From contig OW818653.1 of NCBI GenBank assembly GCA_942492995.1, positions 210,001 through 242,000 on the forward strand: a stretch of 32,000 bases of DNA, read 5' to 3'. The DNA is from an uncultured Erysipelotrichaceae bacterium. Its GTDB lineage: Bacteria > Bacillota_I > Bacilli_A > Erysipelotrichales > Erysipelotrichaceae. Of the stretch, positions 7,901 through 14,702 are shown piece after piece. How positions within the stretch are numbered: position 1 is the first letter of the stretch; the number at the start of each line of letters is the position of its first letter. The notes beneath the pieces were generated by a model, which saw only the letters and a list, made by a program, of their open reading frames with translations, did not search any database and was not told the origin of the DNA. A program made the translations under genes and the position numbers.

Positions 7901-8203
7901 CTAAAACAATTCAATTATGAAATTTCTAAGTTCGACATCAGGATCTTCTAAATCACTTGAAGTTATAACACCGGAGAACTTCATATTCAGTTCATTACAA
8001 ATATTAGGAATTATATCGATATAATCTTCTACTTCTAGATCTAGTTTATAAATCAGTTCATTGACAAAAATAGTGTTTAAATTCTTTCCTCTAAATACTA
8101 AATCATGCTTATCAAATAACTTCATTGCAATGCGATCTGATTGATCCAAAGCAACAACATCATTACGAATTTCTATAAGTGTACGTTTAATCAAATTTCT
8201 CAA
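7901..8203 (-). CDS. Hypothetical 100-aa protein, paralog of 9107..9409
   Basis: Starting at TTG 8203 (SD GAGGGA 6 nt upstream) gives a gapless 100-aa alignment with 9107..9409 (about 38 identical positions by hand, including NEL-YKL, IP-IC-ELNMKF and a C-terminal LF). The track start at 8284 would run through the conserved leader. Confidence 0.7.
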   Translation of the reverse strand: MRNLIKRTLIEIRNDVVALDQSDRIAMKLFDKHDLVFRGKNLNTIFVNELIYKLDLEVEDYIDIIPNICNELNMKFSGVITSSDLEDPDVELRNFIIELF

Positions 8204-8230
8204 AGTAAATCCCTCATTTATTACCGAATT

Positions 8231-8261
8231 ATCATAACAAAGAAAGGTAGTTGTTAAAATG
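8231..8261 (+). repeat. Conserved leader copy A (ATCATAACAAAGAAAGGTAGTtgtTAAAATG)
   Basis: 17-nt core identical to the copies at 8854 and 9445. The ATG begins exactly 28 nt after the element start in all three. Confidence 0.9.
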
Positions 8262-8408
8262 GTAAAAATCATCTTTTGCATCATAGTTTATACATTTGCT
8301 CTTGTTGGAAATATAGCAATGCGATTAGTTGAACCTGATAATGTATGGTATTTAAAATATTCAATTTTATGTGTTGTGTTATTTACATTAATTATTTTAT
8401 TACTTTAA
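8259..8408 (+). CDS. Small hydrophobic protein (49 aa, two TM-like segments); below the ORF-track cutoff
   Basis: ATG preceded by conserved leader copy A. Translation: MVKIIFCIIVYTFALVGNIAMRLVEPDNVWYLKYSILCVVLFTLIILLL. Its 3' end overlaps the convergent gene 8392..8829 by 17 nt. Confidence 0.5.
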   Translation: MVKIIFCIIVYTFALVGNIAMRLVEPDNVWYLKYSILCVVLFTLIILLL

Positions 8409-8829
8409 TTATATTTTTGATTTTTGGAACAAGAGAATTTAATTTAGTAGCAGAATTTACTCTCCCATCTATTCCCCTCATTATACTGAAATTTAAATCT
8501 TGTACTTCTTTAGCTAAACTATCATCTAATCTAATTAATACTAAAGGATAGAACTTACCATAGTTGGTTAAATTCTCTGCAGAAAGATGCCAGATGAGTG
8601 AACTACATGAAGATAAATAATCGTAATAAAGTTGTTTCTCTTTTATGACATTAGCCTCGTATTCTGACATTTCTCTCTCATAAGCTCTTATAACATTGTG
8701 CTCTGCATATTCAGCTTTACGAATTTTGAAATTATAAATATTGTTTATGATTGCGACAAATATTGGTGAAAATATAGCGGCTAAAGCAATTATAACTGTA
8801 AAAGTTAAAGTAGCATCGATTTCTGGCAT
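8392..8829 (-). CDS. Hypothetical membrane-anchored protein (145 aa, one N-terminal TM helix)
   Basis: ATG at 8829 with SD GAGGGAAA. N-terminal segment TLTFTVIIALAAIFSPIFVAII. Confidence 0.7.
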   Translation of the reverse strand: MPEIDATLTFTVIIALAAIFSPIFVAIINNIYNFKIRKAEYAEHNVIRAYEREMSEYEANVIKEKQLYYDYLSSCSSLIWHLSAENLTNYGKFYPLVLIRLDDSLAKEVQDLNFSIMRGIDGRVNSATKLNSLVPKIKNIIKVIK

Positions 8830-8853
8830 AAGTTTCCCTCACTGATTATTTAA

Positions 8854-8884
8854 ATCATAACAAAGAAAGGCAATTAATAAAATG
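8854..8884 (+). repeat. Conserved leader copy B (ATCATAACAAAGAAAGGCAATtaaTAAAATG)
   Basis: See copy A. Confidence 0.9.
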
Positions 8885-9115
8885 AAGAAAGTAAGTGAAA
8901 GTGTATTACCAATTAAAGTTGAGGTTTCAATAGAAATTAATATTATCGGTTCTGAAGAAAAAAAAGAAAACATCACTACTGAGAATAGTGATGTTAAAGA
9001 ATCGTTTCATGAATTAAAGAAAAATATAGAAACAAAAATTACTAATGGAATTATTTCTATATCTGAAGCAAGAAATCTATTTAATGAAAAATATCCTGGT
9101 ACTTTCTCAAAATAA
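8882..9115 (+). CDS. Hypothetical acidic 77-aa protein
   Basis: ATG preceded by leader copy B. 3' end overlaps the convergent gene 9107..9409 by 9 nt. Confidence 0.6.
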   Translation: MKKVSESVLPIKVEVSIEINIIGSEEKKENITTENSDVKESFHELKKNIETKITNGIISISEARNLFNEKYPGTFSK

Positions 9116-9409
9116 CTTAATGCCATACATGCTTATTTTAGGATTTTTAAAATGACTATCTTCAACCAAAATGTATTCGTTAAATTTCATGTTTAATTCT
9201 CTGCAAATATCTGGAATTGATTCTAGATAAGAATCTTGAGGTAATCCTAATTTATAAAATAATTCATTTGAATATACAGTATTTGTTTTATCACCAAGAA
9301 TCAACATCCCATGTTTCTTCATTAATTCCATTATAGATTCTTCAGTGTTCGGAGTTTGAATTGCATCATCTCGTAATTCAATAAGTTTATTAATTATAGT
9401 TTGTCTCAT
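9107..9409 (-). CDS. Hypothetical 100-aa protein, paralog of 7901..8203
   Basis: ATG at 9409 with strong SD GGAGGGGGTGA. Paralogy as described for 7901..8203. Confidence 0.75.
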   Translation of the reverse strand: MRQTIINKLIELRDDAIQTPNTEESIMELMKKHGMLILGDKTNTVYSNELFYKLGLPQDSYLESIPDICRELNMKFNEYILVEDSHFKNPKISMYGIKLF

Positions 9410-9444
9410 TATTTCACCCCCTCCCCAGTTTAGCTACTATTCAC

Positions 9445-9475
9445 ATCATAACAAAGAAAGGTAGTACATAAAATG
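9445..9475 (+). repeat. Conserved leader copy C (ATCATAACAAAGAAAGGTAGTacaTAAAATG)
   Basis: See copy A. Confidence 0.9.
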
Positions 9476-10246
9476 AATGATTTACAAATATTTGAATTTG
9501 AGAATAAGAATATTCGAACAGTTGTTAAAGATAATCAACCTTGGTTTGTTGGGAAAGATGTCGCTGAAGTACTAGGATATACAAATTCACGTAAAGCAAT
9601 CGCCGACCATATAGATATTGAAGATAAGGACGTAACGAAACGTGACACCCTTGGTGGAAATCAAAGTTTGGTAATCATTAATGAATCCGGATTATATAGC
9701 TTAATCTTAAAATCTCAACTTCCAGCTGCTAAACAATTCAAACGTTGGGTTACTAGTGAAGTTCTTCCATCAATTCGTAAACAAGGTGCATACCTTACTG
9801 AGGATGTAATTGCTAAGACTATGCAGGATCCTAATTATATTCTAGGCATTATCCAGGCATTTAATGATGCGAAACAAGAATTAAAAATAAGTAATCAAAT
9901 AATAGGCGAATTAAAACCTAAAGCTGATTATTTAGATCTAATTTTAAAAGGAAAAAAATTAGTTACTATTTCTCAAATTGCTAAAGATTATGGTATGTCC
10001 GCTATGAAATTCAATGTAGAACTTCACAATCATCGAATTCAATACATCATAAATGGTCAATGGTTACTATACGAAAAATATCAAGCAAAAGGGTATACAT
10101 CTTCAATTAGTGTTGAGATAACTCGAACTGATGGTCGTAGAGAAGTCAAAATGAATACTCAGTGGACTCAGAAGGGAAGAATGTTCTTATACAACTTTTT
10201 AAAGGAAAAAGGATTGCTTCCAATGATTGAGAGGGATGTTCTATGA
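9473..10246 (+). CDS. Phage antirepressor (Bro-N domain plus KilAC/ANT C-terminal domain)
   Basis: N-terminus FEFENKNIRTVVKDNQPWFVGKDVAEVLGY...ESGLYSLILKSQLPAAKQFKRWVTSEVLPSIRKQGAY is canonical Bro-N. The C-terminal ADYLDLIL...TISQIAKDYGMSA resembles KilAC. Confidence 0.9.
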   Translation: MNDLQIFEFENKNIRTVVKDNQPWFVGKDVAEVLGYTNSRKAIADHIDIEDKDVTKRDTLGGNQSLVIINESGLYSLILKSQLPAAKQFKRWVTSEVLPSIRKQGAYLTEDVIAKTMQDPNYILGIIQAFNDAKQELKISNQIIGELKPKADYLDLILKGKKLVTISQIAKDYGMSAMKFNVELHNHRIQYIINGQWLLYEKYQAKGYTSSISVEITRTDGRREVKMNTQWTQKGRMFLYNFLKEKGLLPMIERDVL

Positions 10247-10464
10247 CATTAGATACTCATACTAAATACTATGTCACAAAGACCGATATTCAAAGATTAC
10301 TAGAATGTAGTTTTGAAAAGGCAAAGAAAATATTCGATGCTGCTAGAGAAACTGAATTAAAAAGTGGATTAATTCTAGCTCATGATAATAAAGTTTCTTT
10401 AAAAACAGTTTCAAAGCTTACCGGATTCGATATTAACTTATCTATTAAGTTAAAAGTTAAATAA
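10243..10464 (+). CDS. Small DNA-binding-like protein (pattern resembles DUF3173/excisionase-like proteins)
   Basis: ATGA start/stop overlap with ant. VTKTDIQRLLECSFEKAKKIFDAARE...VSLKTVSKLTG fits the small HTH pattern seen next to tyrosine recombinases. The assignment is tentative. Confidence 0.6.
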   Translation: MTLDTHTKYYVTKTDIQRLLECSFEKAKKIFDAARETELKSGLILAHDNKVSLKTVSKLTGFDINLSIKLKVK

Positions 10465-10468
10465 CATT

Positions 10469-10627
10469 ATGAATTTAATCAATGACATGAAACGCTTGGT
10501 TGATCATATCGTTACTGTTGCACTTATCAAGTCTACAGTGAATGATTCTAAATTAACTAATGGTGAAAAGGTTAATAAAATACTAATTCATTTAAATGAG
10601 TTAGATCGAAATTTATTGGAGGTTTAA
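10469..10627 (+). CDS. Small hypothetical protein (52 aa); below the ORF-track cutoff
   Basis: Fills an otherwise empty gap. Stop TAA at 10625-10627, 1 nt before the next ATG, with SD GGAGG for the next gene inside its 3' end. Confidence 0.5.
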   Translation: MNLINDMKRLVDHIVTVALIKSTVNDSKLTNGEKVNKILIHLNELDRNLLEV

Positions 10628-10628
10628 G

Positions 10629-11207
10629 ATGAAAAAACGAAGATTTAAAAAAGAAGTTAAGTTTTACTTCTATACAATAATTACTATTTTATTTCTTTGC
10701 TATTATGCCTTGTACATTAACGATTTAGAGGCACGTAGAGAGTTATTCAATGAGTCAGTAATAAATACTCAAGCGTATGATTCTTCGTTAAATGAGTCAC
10801 CTAATTGCTCAGTTAAAGACGAGTTTAATACAATAGATGTTTACTTTACGAACTACCATAATGGCGATGGATCAAGTGGAACTACTACCGCAAGTGGACT
10901 TCAAATAAAGGACTTCGAAGTCAATGAAGAGGGTATGTATACCTATGAGGGGAAAGTCGTTATTGCTTCAGCTAATATGACACGATTACCTCGTGGTATC
11001 ACTGAAGGATATAACAGTCATGATTTATTCGAGGAGTTTACTATTCGATTAAATGATAAAGAGTATCCAGCAATTGTATTGGATGTATGTGGAGCTTGTT
11101 ACGGAATGTTTGATGAATTCTTACAACGATACGATATCTTCGCAACTAAGAATGTTATTGGGAAAGTAATTGGACAAGTTTTAATCAAGACTGACCAAAA
11201 AAGATAA
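10629..11207 (+). CDS. Secreted or membrane-anchored protein with a 3D-domain-like (MltA/RlpA-type) C-terminus
   Basis: N-terminal KKRRFKK plus a hydrophobic anchor. C-terminus GDGSSGTTTASGLQI...VVIASAN...PAIVLDVCG...RYDIF resembles the three-Asp 3D domain. Confidence 0.65.
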   Translation: MKKRRFKKEVKFYFYTIITILFLCYYALYINDLEARRELFNESVINTQAYDSSLNESPNCSVKDEFNTIDVYFTNYHNGDGSSGTTTASGLQIKDFEVNEEGMYTYEGKVVIASANMTRLPRGITEGYNSHDLFEEFTIRLNDKEYPAIVLDVCGACYGMFDEFLQRYDIFATKNVIGKVIGQVLIKTDQKR

Positions 11208-11213
11208 TCAAAA

Positions 11214-12032
11214 ATGAATCGAAAACAATTAAAGGATGAGTTATCCGTTTTCGTCGACCAATTAAGGAATGATGAAAAGGCAAAAAATACAGTTCACGCT
11301 TACAAAAGAAACAATGAAATGTTCATTGATTCGATTAAACACGATAATCCAATCACTAAAGAAGATGTAATTTCATTCAAAGAAAAGATATCTGCAGAAG
11401 GTTATAGATCATCTTCATTGAATCAAATCGTTATATCAGTAAATAAGTATCTTCGATGGTTAAAACTCGAAAAAATGGTAGTTAAGAAATTTAAAACGCA
11501 GACTAAGAGTAGTTTGGAAACAGTCTTATCCAATAAAGATTTTGCACGGTTACAACGCTATGCAAAAGTTATGGGCTATGAAGACATTTACCTGGTATTA
11601 GATGTCCTAGTAACAACTGGAATACGTATCAGTGAGTTAACATTCTTCACTGTTGAGAATCTCAAATCATTCTATATAGAGGTCAATAACAAAGGGAAGA
11701 TGGGTGACATCATACTCACTCAACAACTGAAACGAAGATTAGTTAATTACGCAAAAAATAAACGAATAAAGTGCGGTCCAATCTTTGAACTAAATGATCG
11801 TCAAATACGATATCGATTAAAGAAAATAGCAGGACGAGCTAGAGTAAATAAAGCGATTGTATATCCACATAATATTCGACATTTATTTGCACTTAACTGG
11901 ATTGATGGTGGAGGTAGTTTAGCTGATTTAAAAGACATTTTAAGGCATTTGGACATAAAAACAACCGCGATTTATTTGCAAACTAGCAAAGAGAATAAAC
12001 GTAAAAAATTAGAAAATATGAGGGTTAGGTAA
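11214..12032 (+). CDS. Second tyrosine recombinase (XerC/D-like, 272 aa)
   Basis: N-terminal SAM-like core-binding region (NTVHAYKRNNEMF). Catalytic TGIRISE (Arg), HNIRHLF (H-x-x-R), LRHLDIKTTAIYL (His/Tyr). Confidence 0.85.
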   Translation: MNRKQLKDELSVFVDQLRNDEKAKNTVHAYKRNNEMFIDSIKHDNPITKEDVISFKEKISAEGYRSSSLNQIVISVNKYLRWLKLEKMVVKKFKTQTKSSLETVLSNKDFARLQRYAKVMGYEDIYLVLDVLVTTGIRISELTFFTVENLKSFYIEVNNKGKMGDIILTQQLKRRLVNYAKNKRIKCGPIFELNDRQIRYRLKKIAGRARVNKAIVYPHNIRHLFALNWIDGGGSLADLKDILRHLDIKTTAIYLQTSKENKRKKLENMRVR

Positions 12033-12325
12033 TGGATTTATTAGAGTTATATAAAAAATTAAATAACGAATTTCCAAGAATGAGATTTCATAGAGGGATG
12101 TTGTTCGGAAAAGAATGTGTTATTTCATCGTTTGGAAGAAAGCAGTTTATTTCAATAAAAATATCAATTAATGGTGAATTCAAAATTGATCATTCAGCAA
12201 TGTATAAATTAGGAATCCATTCTAGTGCAACGAACTACGAAATGTTGATTGGTACGATTGCATCGCTTATCAAAGTGAGTAATCCTGAATTATTGCCCAA
12301 TGCTCAAATGAAATTATCAATATAG
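12032..12325 (+). CDS. Hypothetical protein (97 aa)
   Basis: TAATG overlap with the recombinase gene; SD GAGGG upstream. Confidence 0.6.
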   Translation: MDLLELYKKLNNEFPRMRFHRGMLFGKECVISSFGRKQFISIKISINGEFKIDHSAMYKLGIHSSATNYEMLIGTIASLIKVSNPELLPNAQMKLSI

Positions 12326-12341
12326 TTTGAAATGATAAATT

Positions 12342-13676
12342 ATGAATCAACTTAACATATTCGAGTTAACGAATCAGAGATTTTATTTTAAATATGATGA
12401 AAAAATTAAGATATTTGAAGCTTTTTCTGGAATTGGTTGTCAGAGAATGGCTATGGAGAGATTAGGCATTGAGTTTGAATCAATTGGAATAAGTGAAATT
12501 GATAAACATGCAATAAAATCATACCAAGCAATCCATGGTGAAGTTAAAAATTGGGGTAATATCTGTGATATTAAAGGTGATAATTTAGCGCAAATAGATA
12601 TATTTACATACTCATTTCCATGCACTGATTTGAGTAAAGCAGGAAAACAGAAAGGTTTGAATAAAACAAGAAGCGGTTTGGTTTATGAGGTTTTAAGGAT
12701 ACTTCAAGAACTTAAAATTGAAGGCAGGCTACCGAAAGTATTAATCATGGAAAATGTCATTGATTTAATTCAAATTAAATTCGTAAGAGAATTTCAAATT
12801 ATTCAACTTGAATTAGAAAGATTAGGTTATTCAAACTATACGGAAACTCTGAATGCAAAAGATTTTGGAATTGCTCAAAACAGAGATAGGGTATTTATGG
12901 TTTCAATTCTTGGAAATTATTATTATGAATTCCCAAAACCGATAAAACTAGAAAATAGATTGAAAGATTATTTAGAGACTAATGTTGATTCGAAATATTA
13001 CCTTAGCAGTGAGCTTATTTCAAGAATTGGTAAGTGGAAGTCTCAACAAAATCCAATCGAAAACTCCAAAACAAATGAAGATATTTATATTCAATGTATT
13101 ACTGCTAAAGGGAATACAACTGATAATGCATCCATGTTATTGATACGTGAAAAGACTGTAAAAGGATATACAGAAGCGTTCGAAGGAGATGGAGTTTATA
13201 TTAATCGTCCTCATCAGAAACGAGGAGTAGTTCAAAATGGGAAGATTCAAACCCTCAAAACAAGTTGTTCATATGTAGGAGTAGTTGTTCCAATCGAATT
13301 AAGATCAGACGAAGGCATCAGGTATTTCAAAGATAACTTAATTGGGACTCTTAGAACTAAGGATTCCTGCGGGGATAAGATGATTATTTTTGATGATTAT
13401 AACTCATCAATAAGAGAAGATCAAAACACCATTGGTACACTTACAACAAATTGTGGGAGTAGTTCTGAACGGAATGGATATAAATTAATAGAAAATGGTT
13501 TAAGAATTCGTAAACTTACACCACTTGAATGTTGGAGATTAATGGGAATAGATGATCAATATTACTTTAAATCTAGTCAGGTTTGTTCTAGTACACAACT
13601 TTACAAACAAGCAGGTAATGGAATAGTTGTTAATGTATTTCAAGAAATATTAAGACAACTGATGGAGACAAAATGA
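12342..13676 (+). CDS. Orphan DNA (cytosine-5)-methyltransferase with an unusually long variable region
   Basis: Motif I FEAFSGIG, IV SFPCTDLS, VI ENV, VIII QNRDRVF, IX LTPLECWRLMG, X GNGIVVNV. About 200 aa lie between motifs VIII and IX. No adjacent endonuclease gene. Confidence 0.92.
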   Translation: MNQLNIFELTNQRFYFKYDEKIKIFEAFSGIGCQRMAMERLGIEFESIGISEIDKHAIKSYQAIHGEVKNWGNICDIKGDNLAQIDIFTYSFPCTDLSKAGKQKGLNKTRSGLVYEVLRILQELKIEGRLPKVLIMENVIDLIQIKFVREFQIIQLELERLGYSNYTETLNAKDFGIAQNRDRVFMVSILGNYYYEFPKPIKLENRLKDYLETNVDSKYYLSSELISRIGKWKSQQNPIENSKTNEDIYIQCITAKGNTTDNASMLLIREKTVKGYTEAFEGDGVYINRPHQKRGVVQNGKIQTLKTSCSYVGVVVPIELRSDEGIRYFKDNLIGTLRTKDSCGDKMIIFDDYNSSIREDQNTIGTLTTNCGSSSERNGYKLIENGLRIRKLTPLECWRLMGIDDQYYFKSSQVCSSTQLYKQAGNGIVVNVFQEILRQLMETK

Positions 13677-13867
13677 AGAATTACAAATTAATCATAGTAA
13701 AAAATAGAATTAAATATTATTTGTTTAGAGCTGCAACTGTAGTTTATACATTCTTAATATCTATTGGTTTTATTAAAACACTAGAGTGTCCGAATTGTGG
13801 ACGTAAGTATTACAAGTACCCAAAGTATTGTTCAGATTGTGGTAAGCGTTTATGGGGTAGGAAATAA
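13673..13867 (+). CDS. Small membrane-anchored zinc-ribbon protein (64 aa)
   Basis: Hydrophobic segment AATVVYTFLISIGFI followed by CPNCG...CSDCG. Confidence 0.6.
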   Translation: MKNYKLIIVKNRIKYYLFRAATVVYTFLISIGFIKTLECPNCGRKYYKYPKYCSDCGKRLWGRK

Positions 13868-14124
13868 TGCCTCGATGTAGATTTTGTTGGAATGCAAATC
13901 CACATGGAGATGCTGAACTTGAATGTGGGCAAACTGGCAAAATCATAAGTTATGATCAAGCCAATAGACAAACTAAGTGCAAGGATTGGGTGTTATGTCA
14001 ATACGAAGAAAAAAACTATATGGATATCTTTGCGGAAATACCATATAGAACTAGGCATGTTAAACCAAAGAATAATAATTTTGAAAAATTAAGATTATTC
14101 GATTTAAAGGAGGTTTCAAAGTAA
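13867..14124 (+). CDS. Cys-rich small protein (85 aa)
   Basis: CRFCW...ECGQ...CKDWVLC. TAATG coupling to the upstream gene. Confidence 0.6.
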   Translation: MPRCRFCWNANPHGDAELECGQTGKIISYDQANRQTKCKDWVLCQYEEKNYMDIFAEIPYRTRHVKPKNNNFEKLRLFDLKEVSK

Positions 14125-14282
14125 TGGGAGATATAAATTTAAAAATTGATGATATCGGACAGATTATGAACCAAACAGTAGGTATTGTTATAGCATCTTA
14201 TTTAACAAATAAACAAAAAGACGATCTTATAGAAAAGTTAAGAGTAATTCAAAAAATAGCCTTAGAAACACTTAAAAAATAA
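14124..14282 (+). CDS. Small hypothetical protein (52 aa); below the ORF-track cutoff
   Basis: ATG overlaps the preceding TAA (TAATG). SD AAAGGAGG upstream. Fills the gap up to the ATG at 14284. Confidence 0.55.
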   Translation: MGDINLKIDDIGQIMNQTVGIVIASYLTNKQKDDLIEKLRVIQKIALETLKK

Positions 14283-14283
14283 T

Positions 14284-14643
14284 ATGGAAGATAAAAGAAG
14301 TAATGTTGCAGTTATTGGTCACTGTTCGAATAAAAATGATTTATATGACCAAATTAAGATGTTTAGTAAAGATTTAAATCAATCAGATATAGAGAAGTTT
14401 CTTGATGAACAATATGGTATAAATCGAAATTCAATAGCTAAATTATATGCATCAATCAATCAAGTTTTACATCCAGTTTTTGATTCATTGATTGCATTTA
14501 GTTATTCAATTGAAGAATTTGCTAAACTCATTAAAAACAGTGAAAAAAGTAGGTCGATTTTATCAAAAACTATTGTTCTCAAGAAATCATCAAAAAAGCC
14601 TTATAAACAAAGGCGATATAAGCGATTTCAGAATCACCGATAA
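14284..14643 (+). CDS. Hypothetical protein with a basic C-terminus (119 aa)
   Basis: Coding-looking frame in the early operon. No motif recognised. Confidence 0.6.
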   Translation: MEDKRSNVAVIGHCSNKNDLYDQIKMFSKDLNQSDIEKFLDEQYGINRNSIAKLYASINQVLHPVFDSLIAFSYSIEEFAKLIKNSEKSRSILSKTIVLKKSSKKPYKQRRYKRFQNHR

Positions 14644-14702
14644 TATAAGGTTATTGACCAAACATTTTATACCCAATATTGACCATGAAGAGGAGCTAAA
14701 AC

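Noticed and set aside
7901-8284. Long version (127 aa) of the first paralog, starting at ATG 8284.
   Set aside because: The extra 27 codons run through the conserved intergenic leader and overlap the 8259 start. The TTG at 8203 has a good SD and gives a product of the same length as the paralog, with a gapless alignment.
8345-8551. 68-aa plus-strand ORF from the track.
   Set aside because: It has no SD and no conserved leader, and it overlaps most of the 3' part of the better-supported minus gene 8392..8829. The 8259..8408 frame, which carries the conserved leader, is the more likely plus-strand gene here.
10243-13676. A nested mobile element (Xis-like protein plus recombinase plus methyltransferase) inserted into the prophage.
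   Set aside because: The genes are translationally coupled to their neighbours (ATGA and TAATG overlaps) on the same strand. No flanking repeats or compositional break are visible. It looks like part of the early operon.
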